From Halocafeteria seosinensis (Eukaryota): 64,000 nt of DNA. Shown one piece after another: positions 24,889 to 38,141 of the stretch. A model generated the notes under the pieces. It was not told the origin of the DNA, ran no database searches, and saw nothing but the letters and a program-made list of their open reading frames with translations. The position numbers and the translations under genes are program-made. The stretch lies in contig LVLI01000202.1 of assembly GCA_001687465.1 (NCBI GenBank), positions 248,001-312,000 of the forward strand, in the 5' to 3' direction. Position 1 is the first letter of the stretch. Each line of letters starts with the position of its first letter.

Positions 24889-26333
24889 TTACAGATACCC
24901 ATGTTCTTTCAAGCTCACAATGTGGTCCATAATGCTCTTTTCCAGAGGTGTCCACGTCACTCCAAGCTCCCTTTCCGCTCTGGAGTTATCCACATGTTTG
25001 GGGTAAGGCTTGGAATCTGTCAATGCCAAAACATTTTTTGTAAGTCTATATGTATAGCAAGAATGCAAGCAACCACCTCCTCGTACCTGACTCTTCTGTC
25101 TCCGAGGGTATCTTCGACTTGTCAACACCGCTTATATCCAACCCCTTTAGGATGTTCACAATTTTGGCCCAGTGTTCAGGGAATGGGGCAAGTAGATATC
25201 GGCCTGAAGCGTCAGGTTTCTCCGCTGCAGCAATATGAGCCTTTACAACATCCCTGACGTCAACAAACGGCATATACGCGTTTGAGATCTTCTCTTTCGA
25301 GCCGTCCAAGTACTGTAGAAGTTGCTGGCTGGAGGTGTTGAGCTGCATACAACCAAGATGGTACGGTAATTATCTTCTTACCATCACCTTCATTTCGGCA
25401 AAACTTACGGAAGGTTGGATCATAGGACCGATCACGAGAGATGGGTTTAACACAAGGAGGTCGAACCGGGGAGTTTTTTCCTTGACAAACTCCCAAGCAG
25501 CTCTGCATCGTCAGCCAACCAGGACCATCCCCCGTCAACGCATGTTGGTAAATGAATGGAAACTGCTCAATCAAACAACTTACTTCTCAGCCAGAGTCTT
25601 TGAAAGAGGGTAGTACTTGCCAATCCGTCGCATAAAATCTTCATCAGAAAAGTCTTTCTGCAAGCTCAAAATGAGCAATGTGCTATGACATTTTTGGAAA
25701 CGTACAATTAATTTTTAAGCTTCTTATGGCGCTTACATCCGAGAAAACGTGGTTCTGATCTTTTTCAGACACCATAACTGCAGCCATTGAAGATGTCAAC
25801 ACGACGCGCTGGATAGACGGCTCTGCGGCGCACGTCCCCAATACATTCCTAGTTCCATCGATAGCAGGCTGCAGCAGCTCATTTTCGGGATCGTCAGACT
25901 CAGTGAAAAACGGTGATCTGCATCGGATAGTGTCGAAGCGTGTTCTGCATGTGCTCCAAGTCTTCATTTTGGCGACTACTGTAGTCCACTTACGCGGTAT
26001 GGAATACGCAGGAACACCCCGCCACTGCATCTTTGAAAGAGCCTGTTTCCAGGAGATTTGCCGGTACAAGAGTCAGCCGATCCTTAGCACCGTCCAGACT
26101 GGTCAAGTGTTTTGTCTTCTTGGTGTTGTTGACGTCGCGTACGGTGGCCTTGACATGGTATCCTTTCTCCAACAGCTCTGCGGCGCCAGAACGAGGACAC
26201 ACATTCCTCCAACTAAAGCAAGCATTGATATTTATACGCTTCCCTTGATAGACGCAAACTTACGGCGCACTAATTCGGAGGCGATGTAGCCGCTGCCTCC
26301 AGTGACGCAGACAGTTCGCTCGGGGGACGACAT
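24889..26333 (-). CDS. NAD(P)-dependent epimerase/dehydratase (DFR/cinnamoyl-CoA reductase-like), copy 1
   Basis: [41 protein letters not shown] (YxxxK), NPSLVIGP and VDVRDV. Multi-exon. Confidence 0.93.
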
Positions 26334-26633
26334 TCTTGCAGTATATGTGTCGGTTGAAGCTTACCCTGCTGGAGAAGCTATATCAAGGTATATTTTTGCT
26401 GAAACACAAACAACCCCTTGCCGAACGATTTCTACGCTTGCAGAACAAACACAAGTGAACAACGATGATGACACCTGCTGGCTGCAGGGATAAACATGGT
26501 GTGCGATCTTGCTGTCAACTTCAACGTCCTCCCGAGGATTGCAATCATTGTACCCGGTATCCCCAGACGGCGCACAATGGCTACGAATTTACGAGAGCAA
26601 CGTGGAAAAAGAAAAGGCATTCTTAAACGGAGG

Positions 26634-28031
26634 CTATTCCCTTAGGTAGCCGTGTGCATGAAGGCTTGCCATGTGGTCCTTGAGGCTTGTTTCTAAAGGA
26701 GTCCATGTAATTCCGAGCTCCTCTTCGGCTTTGGAGTTGTCAAGGAGCGTTGGGAAAGGCTTCTTATCTGTTCATAGCAACCAAAAGAGGTAGAGGTGGA
26801 AATTTGAATATACTTATGAGGCGAATGTTAGGAGCGTACCTGACTCTTCAGTTGTTGAGGGAATTTTCGATTTTTGTACACCGGGATGGTCGCCTTCCTT
26901 TAGGATATTGATAATCTTGGCCCAATGCTCAGAGTATGGTGCAAGCAGATATCTCCCCGCAGATTCTGGTTTTTCAGCTACAGCAATGTGAGCTCGTGAC
27001 ACATCTCTGACGTCCACTATTGGAATGTATGAGTTTGCGATCTTTTCCTTCGAACCATCGAGGTATTGTAGTAGACGATGACTCGAGGTATTGAGCTGCA
27101 TCGGTTTGCACGTCCAAATATTCCTACACATAGTCGGTGAGCAACCACAAAACCACTTACAGATGGTTGCAGCATAGGACCAATAACAAGTGCCGGATTA
27201 ATCGAAACGAGATCGAACTGAGGCTGCCTGGTCTCAACAAACTTCCATGCAGCCCTGGGGGAGAAGCATCGGTCGCTCATGCAAAATACTAGCCAAAGAC
27301 AAAATTAGTTGGAAAGAGCATCTACTAACTTTTCGGCGAGTGTTTTAGAGAGGGGATAGTACATTCCCCGTTCTCGCATGAGTGTCTCGTCAGAGAAATC
27401 TTTCTGCATTCACCATTTATCAGTACAGTACACAGAAGCTGATAGCATTCGAAAAAACCCAGGGGACGTACGTCAGAGTACAAGTGAGTCTGATCTTTGT
27501 CCGCAAATATTGCTGAAGCAACTGAAGAGGTTAAAACAACTCTTTTGACCGACTTCTCCGCAGCGCACGTCTCCAACACGTTCTTTGTGCCGTCTACGGC
27601 TGGTTGGAGCAACTCTTTTTCCGGATCATTGGTGTCCCAGAAAAACGGAGAGCTGCAAGTTCTTCTAATAAATCACGCTGCACACCATGCTTCATAGGTC
27701 TGGCGCCCTTTGACTTACGCTGTGTGGAACACAATAGAGCATCCTGCAACAGCCTCCTTAAACGATCCTGGTTCTAACAAGTTAGCTGCCTTTAACGTCA
27801 AACGCTCCTGTGCCCCTTCCAGCTTCTTTAAATGATCTGTCTTGTTTGGATTATTGACGTCGCGCACAGTTGCCTTCACTGTATATCCCTTCTCCAGAAG
27901 TTCTGCAGAGCGCCAGACAACCAATTACCAAAGCAACATGGTATACACACAGAAGGGTACTTACGCCTCACAAGTTCAGAGGCAATGTACCCACTTGCCC
28001 CTGTGACGCATACGGTGGCAGATTCAGCCAT
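26634..28031 (-). CDS. NAD(P)-dependent epimerase/dehydratase (DFR/CCR-like), copy 2
   Basis: [42 protein letters not shown] and VDVRDV. Same exon structure as copy 1. Stop at 26634-26636. Confidence 0.93.
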
Positions 28032-28384
28032 TTTATGTCTCTTGACGCAATCCCAGCGCTCGCGAACCGAGTGGTAATCAATTGGTTTGTAGGACGCACT
28101 GGTGCTACTGAATGCACAGCTCCCTGGAACGGAAACGCGTAGCAATCCAATGTTATATCAGTTAGTCTATAATGCAATGTAGTCCCGCTATTGTCTGCAG
28201 CGTGGAGGAAATAATCCTTCTCTTATCGTTGACAGGTTTTGTGAAGCAGTGGTGTGTACCCGCGGGTAGACTTGGCTAGCTTGTAAGGGAATGCATGATG
28301 TAGCAAAACCTTGGTAGCTTTTCAATACGATGATTCGTTATTCATTTTTATCTCGTTAATCGGCAGTGTGGAAATGGGAAGGTG

Positions 28385-29688
28385 ATGTCCAGGAAGAGAA
28401 AAGCACCAATAAGCCAGGAGAACATCTTCCAAGGATTTGAGTATGGCAATGAGCCACAGGAGGGGCGTTCAAAGACATCTCGAACCACAGATCGGAAGAT
28501 AGAGGATCAAAGAAAGTCCAATACCTTGAATGACGTTGCTCGCGTAGCATCACCAAGGATAGGAAGTCGGGATGGGAAGCTCCACTTCCCGTTATGCGCA
28601 GCGCTTCGAAAGCCCTATATCACACACAAACAAGGAGGTTGGTTTCGAGAGCGCTTCTCCTCTGTAAGGGTTCCAATCGTTTACCGAGGTAACGATCCTT
28701 GTGGCTCACTGTGGATCTATTTCTTTGCATCAGGTATGCCATGATTGCTTTACTCGGAAGATACACTGTGACCACTATCCGGAAATTCCCTTGCGTCTGA
28801 TTCTTGTTGGTAAGAGGCTGTTTGCAACTTCAGTATGTCCTTTGTCTGGAAACTGCTGTTTGAAAATATGTTACAGGTCATAATCCCTCTGAAAAAGCCT
28901 GGGAAAAAGGGTATTACTATGCGAATCCAGGGAACGCTTTCATGAAATTGATGCGCAACGATGCGGACGCTGATGAGCATGATTCTCCCCGGGTTATTCC
29001 ATCCCACTGGCCCCTAGAATCGCAAGATTCCTGGCCCGCCGTATTCGGCGTCGGTCTCACTGACATGGGAACATCTCCTGGAAATGATTCAGCGTCGTTT
29101 CGGAAAAATACATTAGCAGAGTGGAGAGAGGATCTGTTGCAGCGGCTCCAAGCGCACGCCGACAGAGTTTACGCCAATGTGAACAATCCGAATTATCTCC
29201 AGAACTCTATATCCTTTATTCAAGATTTTCAGTCTCGGTTCCTTACTGAGAAAAGCACTACGGCAACGTATGACAAAGGGAAATTTCAACCGGTGGAAGA
29301 ACATTATCACCAAGGGGAGAGCAATTGTATCGAAAGATTGATACCGAAAGACCAATGCGGTCCAAGAGTAGTAGCATTTACAGGTAAATCACAGTTTTAT
29401 TCCATGTACGGACCCGAAGATCCCAAGCCGTAAGTTGCTCAGAAAGCATACGTTATCAATTGTCTTTTTGACGCGGCACTCCGCAAGTGACCACGCAGAC
29501 CCAGCAAGCTAGCGGGACGTGTCCCACATAATATCCTTCCCAAGCGATGGCCTTTTCCTAAAAGCACCGAGGTTTTCGTGCTTATTAGCTCTAGTGGGCG
29601 AGCAAGTGGGTGGCATAAGGAAAGGAAAAGGCTTTATGATGAATTGGCCGAACTAGTCAACCAGCATCCCTGGCCTCCTGCACTGTAG
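28385..29688 (+). CDS. G/U mismatch-specific uracil/thymine DNA glycosylase (MUG/TDG family)
   Basis: Spliced LRLILVGHNPSEKAWEKGYYYANPGNAF (compare GINPG...FAHPANRF), then GVGLTD, PRVVAFTGK and VFVLISSSGRA (compare VMPSSSAR). Basic N-terminus RKRK. Confidence 0.85.
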
Positions 29689-30365
29689 CATTCCTAAGAT
29701 TTTTCTGTCAATCCCTCGTGCAACTCGCTTCAAAATACAGGTTATTCTTTGGAGAGAAGGTGAATGACTAGAATAGAAGGTAGATAGCAGTATAAGGCCC
29801 TTTTTGTTTGGCGCCGCAGTGCCAAGGTTGATAGAAAGGCGCTGCGAGATGATGTGACCGAACTGGATATTCCGTTGATGCGCACAACATAGGAATGCTT
29901 CAAAGACGCCTGGTTGATGAGGCAGCAAGCAATCAAGATACATCCCATACCGTGTTTTGCGAAAGCTACCGGGGCCAACTTGCGGCTAGACACGGAGTAT
30001 TCAGCACCCACAATACTACATGAAGAACAGTCTACCCTCCCTTATGGACAGTGTTTTTTGCCTATTATTTTCGTTTGAATACGTACACATCATAAGGTTT
30101 CTCGAGGTTCACTTTTATGAAAATTGAACTTGTGTCCTTCTCATGCGTTTCGACATCTTTTGTTTGAATTCTGGCAACGCGCTACCTTGACATTGCCTCA
30201 GCTTGTTCGCTTGGTAGGAGCATGTGTGTAATGTTAGATGAACAACTAGAATTTCCATAATGGGCACAGAGCAGATAGTATTATGCACTGTCCTCATGTA
30301 ATGGAATTGTCTGGAAGCAACGGGCTACTACAGTTTGATACTCGAGGGACAGCACACAGTAGATA

Positions 30366-32493
30366 ATGAGGGCTTCAGCGACGTTTTTTCTCATATTCGC
30401 CGAGCTCTTCACATTTAGTACGCTTGTGCATGTCTCTGGAAGTACTAGCTCAGGCATCTACTCCGTGTACGCCGCCTCCAGCATTACCCAAGACCAGGAG
30501 GCCTCTTTGCGAGGGAAGGAGAGAGATAAGAGTCTCAATGCAACCATACAGAAGGAAGAAAAACCTGAAAACCATAATGTTTCATTTTATGAAGCGAATA
30601 TAGCGTCATCATCGTCTTCCAAACTTGACGACCAGCGGCGGTCCACAACACAAAGTGACAGAAGCTCTGGAAACTATGATGAAAAGGATACGCTTAACTC
30701 CCTGCCCCCAAGAGAGTGTTTTGCATCGAACAAAAAGCCATTAAGCAGTAAAGGAGCTCAAACACAAATAGCAGCTTTCCGATCATGGTTTAAGAACGAA
30801 GGAGGACTTCTTCATAGAAATGTGCGCATCAAGGCTAGTGTCGAGGAAAACGGAAGGCGAAGTATACGTCTGATCAACAAAGCTCGTGTTTCACCTTATC
30901 AAGTAAGTCTTGAGTTTTTGAAGTTACGTTTCTTGCTTTAATTCTGTCCTACACTATTTTCAGGCGGTAGTCAAAGTTCCTACGAAGTTATTGTTATACT
31001 CACCACCGGAGCTTGATAGTCGACTCCCCGAATTAACTGCTAATGAAAGGCTGGCCATACACCTTCTAGAGGAAGTGAAAAGGGATAATAGTTACTGGGA
31101 TTTGTACTTTGAGTTCTTACCAGAAGCGCCCATGAACACAGCCTTGTGAGTGGATATATCTTAGCTAGCTGGCTCTCCGTATGCTTATCGTGGGTTGTTG
31201 TTCAAATGCATACAGATACTTTACTCAGCAGGAACTAGCCGAATTGGATCACACATACACATTGACGATTGTGAACAAGGCCCGAAGAGTATTTCATGAG
31301 TTTTTGGAAAAGTTATCCCAGAATGGAGAGATCTTTAGATGGTGCGAAGCAGACTTAAAGTGGGCTCTTACTATAGTGGAAAGCCGGGCATTTACGATAT
31401 CGAAGCCGTCCAATACTAGCCACTTGCTGCATGAAAAGCCATTTCTGGCGCCTGTAGCTGACTTCTTGAATCATAATCCCTCTGCTGAGGTAGGCTGGTC
31501 AATCGGCAACAAGCAAGAAGCTTCAGATGTGTTTCAAGTTCTTTCGTTGAACACTTACAATCGTGCTGGCGAGGAAGTCTTCAATCATTACCAAGTAAGT
31601 ACTCATTGCGGAACCTTTCAGCCACTGTGGGACGTCTTCATTTTTCCGCACAGAATTTCGGGAACGAAAAATTGCTTACATACTTTGGGTTTACTTTGCC
31701 GTCGAATCCCGATAACGAGATACGGTTAACTATCAATGATCCCGAAAATCCGGCTCCAATCGATTCAGTGCCTGCACGGAGGCGTAGGGCACGAGCATTA
31801 CTAGAGATGTCGCACAAGGCGAAGGGCTATAGAGAACAGTTGCTAGCGGATTTATCATTATCCAACGTACAGCATCTCTGCTCGAGAGGAATACATGTAA
31901 GCTTACTTAATGTGGCCAGAATCCTCTCGCTAGGTCCTGAGGATTTTACTGACGAAGGGCTGGAGAGACTGCGCCTACTGAATAGCCTAGCGCCAATGGC
32001 AGCAAAAGCATACGGGATAGAACATACAACTCGCTATCATGAATCACTTTCGAGTGATCTAAGAGACACTCCAGAAACGGGACGGGAAGGCATCGAAGTC
32101 GACGCCGACGCATCACAATATGTCAGTTTGCGGGAAGCACATCTAGGTGGCAGCAAGCGAGTAATCCAAGTTGATGAAATGCTCGCGCCGTCGCTTATAC
32201 ATGATTTTGGGGATGCTACTACCAGACATGTAATTGTACCATTGCGGGTAGAGTTGAAAGCTTATAGAATGGTCAAAAACGCGTTGCAAGAGCTGCTGGA
32301 GAACTATCCGACCAGTTTAGAGGAGGATAAGAGAATGCTGTCCGATATGGAGGGTCAGTCTCTCCAGGATGAAAGGTTGTACGCAATCGTGCAGTGTCGA
32401 CTTGGTGAGAAACAAATTTTGACACAAAACATAGCCCAATTGGAACAAGCTCTCAAACGACAGGCATTTGAAGACCACGTCAATAAAGCCTAA
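30366..32493 (+). CDS. SET-domain methyltransferase (Rubisco LSMT/SETD3-like) with an N-terminal hydrophobic leader
   Basis: FRSWFKNEGG, WALTIVESRAF, LAPVADFLNH, GEEVFNHY and NEKLLTYFGF, plus the C-terminal LSMT substrate-binding motif LLENYPTSLEED...RLGEKQIL. Confidence 0.9.
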
Positions 32494-32526
32494 GTAGCAC
32501 GTGGAAATGTGTCCCGTTGTGTGGAG

Positions 32527-33360
32527 TTACGGGGTGCGCTCTTCCATCTCCGATGGCTCCTTCTCGTGTTCTTCTTCTTCAACAGGAGGATGTGGACGTC
32601 TCTTCTTGTGGCCTGGTTCGGTGACGGTTTCAATGCCTCGTTTACGTTGGAAATCTTCAACGAACTGTTTTTGAATTTGCTCTACTTCTTCTTGCTTCCT
32701 TCGTTCCTCAAGCAGCGTCTTTTGATTACTGGCCTCGGTTTGCTTCTTCTGGTAGTTGGTTTGAGGAGCGTTTGAGTGGCTTTCAAAAACTGAGAGGAAG
32801 GAGTCATGAATAGTAAAATAGGCATTGATGGCATATGACGATGAATGGGGCACGTACTGTCGCCTAGGGTACCGATAGCAGCCTTTCCGGTTCTCATGCT
32901 GCCGACCAAGGCCCCCAGAGATCCACCAGCTGAATACGGACGCACTTATTGCTATCTGTAAGATCCTTCGGATGATATCCCGAGGCTTACCTAAAATAGA
33001 GAATAGGATTTCATTCCGGCCCATCATGTTACGATAGCGTCGCATTTGGCCTGCAGCAAGAACCGGTGTAGTGAACCAATGGCCACAGCGACGTTTTCAA
33101 CCACAGGAATCAAAAATGTACTTACGTAGGCCAATGCACCCTATTGCAGTCAAACCGCATCCAATCAGAAGGCCTTGAAACCCACCTGTCCATCTGTACA
33201 CCACAATTGAAAGCAGATGTTCAACTACACACGTCAGCTGCCAGTCCAGTACAACCTACATCTCTCTCCGGGCATCAGCAACTCGGGCAAACTCCTCTGG
33301 TTCTAGATCATCTTCTAGCCGCTTTGAATCTGTGTTTCTTGTGCGATTGTGATCTCCCAT
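32527..33360 (-). CDS. Small two-TM hypothetical protein
   Basis: Consistent five-exon splicing gives MGDHNR...IWTGGFQGLLIGCGLTAIG...ILFSILAGGSLGALVGS...IFESHSNAP followed by a charged tail. Confidence 0.65.
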
Positions 33361-33744
33361 TGTCTATATTGCTTCCAGTGTTGTAGTGTTGTGGGAGGAA
33401 TGTTCGACGCAGGCGGCACGTCGCCCTGTACGCTTATGTTTTCTGGACCCCTTCCGGAACAAAGGACCCTGGGGAAGCGGATTTAAAGGGGCAAGCTCTG
33501 AGATTCGATAGATAACACTATATGGTATGTCTCACTTTCCAAGGTTCTTTGAGCACCCGACGATATTACGGGTGAAGCAGCACACGCGACCTTCACAAGC
33601 AAAAGATGGCCACAACGTCGAGCTTCCACAGGCTTATCCTGAGTTTAAGAGCACCATGACGCAGCATGGTTACAATTTTTATATATAAGCTCACTGCATG
33701 AACCTGACCAGAAGATGAAATCCTGAAATGGGGCAAAAAAAAAG

Positions 33745-33816
33745 TCGTCCTACTGGGATTTGAACCCAGGTCTACGGATTCAAAGTCCGGCGCACTAACC
33801 CCTGTGCTATAGGACG
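33745..33816 (-). tRNA. tRNA-Gln (anticodon TTG)
   Basis: Cloverleaf: acceptor CGTCCTA/TAGGACG, D stem GCAC/GTGC, anticodon loop CTTTGAA, T arm CTGGG-TTCAAAT-CCCAG. A T9 Pol III terminator follows. Confidence 0.95.
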
Positions 33817-34116
33817 GTGTTTATTCAGCAATATTGTGGGAACCATCTTATACACTTATAGAGCCACAGGAAGACATGTCATTCATTTCTGCCACTGACC
33901 CCCTGAGGGAAGATTTTCCAGCCTAGTATGCCGAGTAATACTCTATTAGAGGCTCGAATTGTAGGAGTATAGGGTGGAAAATACCGTAGATAGTGCTCGT
34001 GGTCACTTTTGGAAGCCCTTTGGAGGTGGAGAGCAATAGACGCGGAGACCACACAGCAACATCATGAGTATGCGATATCTGTCGTGTTGACAACTATGCC
34101 ATTCATATTTGCATTG

Positions 34117-35518
34117 ATGGATGCAGATTCTGGAGGTAATAAAGGCGGTAGAGGCCCTCAACGCGGCGGCCGCCCTGGCCGGGGCGGAGGCGATCCGTAA
34201 GTGAGCTCGTGAGGCTATGAAGAAGTCGATCCCCAAACCACTGAGATATGTGCAGCGAGGATCTTTACAATATTAAACGACATCATAAAATTTATAGCAA
34301 AGGAAGGGATCAGCATATTTCTGCCATGACGACGACCACTCTGGAGGGTACTACATTGGTTATAGTGGCAGAAAACAACAAAGTAGTGGTGCGTAGTTCA
34401 TCGCTGAAGGTCAGTCTGTCAAGGCTCTTGTGTGACATGGAATATTTTTCTCAAGCAGGTATACGACATCGAAGGCCGGGAGCAAATAGAAGGAGAGGTC
34501 GAAGGGAGAATCACAGCAATGACAATTGTCCAACACATTCTTGTCGTCGCCGCAGTGACGAAGACTGAAAAATCCCCGGTTGAGGTCGGAAGGATAAGCT
34601 TGCTGAACTTAACCAACAAGCTCTCGTTAGAGGCCCACCTTCTAGATCCGTTTGGCCGTTTCTCCCATAAATCTGAAGTGACTGTGCTATCGAGTGGTGA
34701 CTTTGGAGCTACTAAAATTCTTCTAAGTGGGTCTACTGATGGTTCCGTAAAAATGTGGAGGCTTGGTAGTGCGGGGTGGTATGCTCAAGAAATCGAGGCT
34801 AGTTCTCGAAGAATTAAGGGCATAAAGATTGTAAACGATCGGCTCTTTTCTGCCAGTAGTGACGGTACTATTTCGAGTAAGTAAATGAAGTTGTCACGGG
34901 GGAAAATCAACGCAACCACGAGTTCCTGCCTCTGTATGCTACAGTATGGAACCTAGCAGGCGAACCACCAGTTTGCACGAACCTGTTGCTCCCACAGCAA
35001 TTATTTGGTTTCCTTCCAAACGGCGATCCCTATGAATTGGTTGGCTTAGAAGTGGCACCAACTCCTGATGGCCGCTCTTTCTTATTGAGTGGTGCATCGG
35101 ATGGATCCATCAAGGTATGCTTGGAAATCAGAGCTCGAAACCATCCACGAGGTTGAATTTAGCAAGATATTTCGTATTGCTACAGGTTCTTGATATATCT
35201 AATCCTGATTCACCTTCTGTGATAACGGGACATACTCCCCAGCGCCGATGCACACAGAGAGATCAAATGACGTGCCTTCGATTTATGAACACAAGCAATG
35301 GGCCGTGTTTAGCGTGTGGGTACTACGATAGTTCGTTTATCATTAGAAGTTTGCAAGCAGAATTTGCTGCTGTCGCGCAAGTAACTCCCAAAGGCGGAGC
35401 ACAAGGGCCAGTGCGTGCCGTTATAGACATCGCTGCAGGGACTGCGAGCCCAAACAGAGCGTTCGTCATCCGGGCGGATTACAGACTCCTCTACTATGAG
35501 TATGTTCAACAGGCCTAA
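34117..35518 (+). CDS. WD40-repeat protein with an RGG-rich N-terminus
   Basis: WD repeats ILLSGSTDGSVKMW, LFSASSDGTI and LLSGASDGSIKV. Multi-exon. Confidence 0.85.
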
Positions 35519-35598
35519 AAGTGTTTCGACGCATGCGAGACAGAGACCAAACGTAACGTTTGTAGAATAATATACCCATGGCCAACAATCGTAGTATA

Positions 35599-36262
35599 TT
35601 ATTCGTCGAACTGAGTTTCTTCCATATGCTCCTCTCTCGAGAACGTCTCCTGCATACAAGCAGTCGAAATGAACCGTAGTCTCGACGCGGTTCGCGAAGA
35701 CCACATACCTTTAGTTTGTTTTCGATTGCACGAAATTCATCATCTAATCGAGCTGCTGCTTGTATTGTTGCTTGCCAAGGATCACTGCAAGCAAACCAAA
35801 TGGAAAGACAGAAACGTTACCTTCCGACTGATACATTCGATGCTAGGCGGGTCTCGTACCTGTTTGAGCTAGTTTGAACTTTTATCGATATATCATTTTC
35901 CAAAGGATGATGCAAGCGGTATCCAGCAAATTTGACACTCGGATCTCTCAGTAACTCTCTGTAAATCCCACAACGACAAGGGCGCGCTCGTTTGAGGGCT
36001 GGGAAGCTACTCTCATCAGCGTATACATACAAGCGTAATAAATTCCCTGCTGTGTGGTCCTCTCTGAGAATTCTAAATTCTACTGTATTTGTAACTTTCT
36101 GATCTTGACGAGCCGTAATCCTGCGTGTGATCAAGTGAACAAAATATATGCTCTACTAGTAAGATTGTATGACCGTAGGGAAACAAACACTTACTTGGGC
36201 AATGTATTGCCGTCTTTGTCTTCGGGGAGGACTACGGCATCCTCACGTTCAGGGACATTCAT
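35599..36262 (-). CDS. RPB11: RNA polymerase II subunit RPB11
   Basis: MNVPERE start (RPB11-type MNAP), DQKVTNTVEF, EDHTAGNLLR and LLRDPSVKFAGYRLHHPLE. Confidence 0.88.
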
Positions 36263-36577
36263 CGTTTATTCGCCCCCCAGACCAAGATAGTACCAACAGT
36301 CCAAACTAGATAAGTCGCTACTTAACATAATTTATTCAATCAATTACTATGAAAACACGCATAAACTCATATTATACTAGCAGCTCTAGTTTAGCCTGTG
36401 GCCCTTCCTGTCAAATTTTTCGTCGACTCGATCACCGAAATATTTCATGGCCCATTGCTGATGGAGGCCAGACCCCTTTACTTTGAAGCGAATACTACGC
36501 GATTCCTGAAGAGTTTGATGCGCTGATACAGTGGTTGAAACTATTGGATCTGGATTAAGGGATCAGCTAAAGTTGAA

Positions 36578-37545
36578 ATGTCGGGACGGCGCCCTGGCGC
36601 TCCAGAGTCATTCGATCCAGTTGTATGTCTATTTCGTGCTCCTCTGGCGATGTTCAGCTCACGATGATTGCCAATCTTGACGGCATAATTGTTGCCTGTT
36701 GCAGAATGCTGAGCTACTGGCGCTTACATATGGATCTATGGTTGCTCAGGTACGCCTTAGGTTCCTGAACTGAATTCCAAAGTTGCTTACTAAGATATTC
36801 CAACGGGCTGCGACAGATAGTAAAGGATTATGAGTCTCCTCATGAAATTAACCAACAGATAGAGGCAATGTAAGTTGCAAGACTCACGATTTCAATCACG
36901 GCGAATCACAGCACAGAGGTACATCTTACAGGGGATACCGCATTGGCACAAGGCTCGTCGATGAATATTGTGCCAAGGTCAGGCGGCCCAAGTGTGTAAA
37001 TTTCGTACAAACACTCGAAACAGCAGCGACGGTAAGACGTTCATATGCGGGCGGTGTTTTACTCTGAATCAATCGCTTACCAAGCTAGTCACAACCATGG
37101 TGCAGGATGGGTTACAAATGTTCTTGGGAGTATCTGGCAAGGTGAGCGGATGGAATAGTAAAGAAGATCAGTGCGAAATATTTCTTCCAAAAAATCCTTT
37201 AGAAGAGTGGGTAGAGCTTCCTCCTAATATGGCTGATCTTCGTTACTCGAATATCATATGTGGTGCTATACGTGGGGCTCTTGAAATGGTAGGCATGCCT
37301 TGCATGTTTGTGTGTGGAACTGTAATTGAAGCATCTCTGAGCTTTGCAGGTACATTACAAGATATCATGCGAAGTCTCACAAGATGCATTAAAGGGTGAC
37401 CCACAAACATCTTTCCAGTGAGTTATCGAGGCACATGGTATCCCAAAGATAGATGCGACTTTAACCATGTCCTTTTGGTATCTACAGAGTTCAATTGCAC
37501 GAGGTTATGAAAGCTGAAACAGGGGAAGAATACAACGACGAGTAG
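36578..37545 (+). CDS. BET3: TRAPP complex subunit BET3/TRAPPC3
   Basis: NAELLALTYGSMVAQ, MGYRIGTRLVDEY, NPLEEWVELP and LRYSNIICGAIRGALEMV. Many short exons. Confidence 0.95.
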
Positions 37546-38141
37546 TTCTCTAGTGGATCGATGGCAAATCGCAAATTTTGTAATGTATCGAAGCGTAGGT
37601 GGCTTCTGCAGAAATTGACTTGACGTCTCGTGAGCACGACGGACTTAAATCTGTATGACGATTACATGCGTTAAAGCATGGAATGCATGCAAACTACTGA
37701 ATGTGTATTTAGCACTACGACGCTACAACATTGTAGGGTTTAGCTAGCGATTCAGCAGATTGGGTCTCGCGCTGTTTTTTCTTCTTTCGTGTAACTCACG
37801 GCTACAACTACTTGTACGAGCACGAAATCGAGCTTGTTCAGGTAGAGTCCTATCCAATGTACACCGCATTGTGTCCCGCAGTTATTTTGGAAAAGTTCCT
37901 CGTGTACGATCTGCCTACCGGGTAATCATTCCGCTCATCCGGTCTGATCACTAACAAAGAGCCCTGCGGGGCCCCTGCTCAATCCTCTCTGGTTGTGAAG
38001 TTGGTTGAGCTCCATAGTCTAGCGCATACAGCCGGGATTACGCAGATATTGACGCATCCATGGCCTTCGCTTGATCCTGATCCTCTAGTGGATAGGATGC
38101 ACATGTGATGCTTGGGTTAGTACAGGGTAGAAGCGACGAAA

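Noticed and set aside
29653..30300. Possible spliced minus-strand gene between MUG and SET
   Set aside because: It needs an unusually short intron (about 41 nt), has no clear start and gives no recognisable product.
35599..36262. RPC19/POLR1D as an alternative identity
   Set aside because: The MNxP.R N-terminus and the D.KV.N motif fit RPB11 better.
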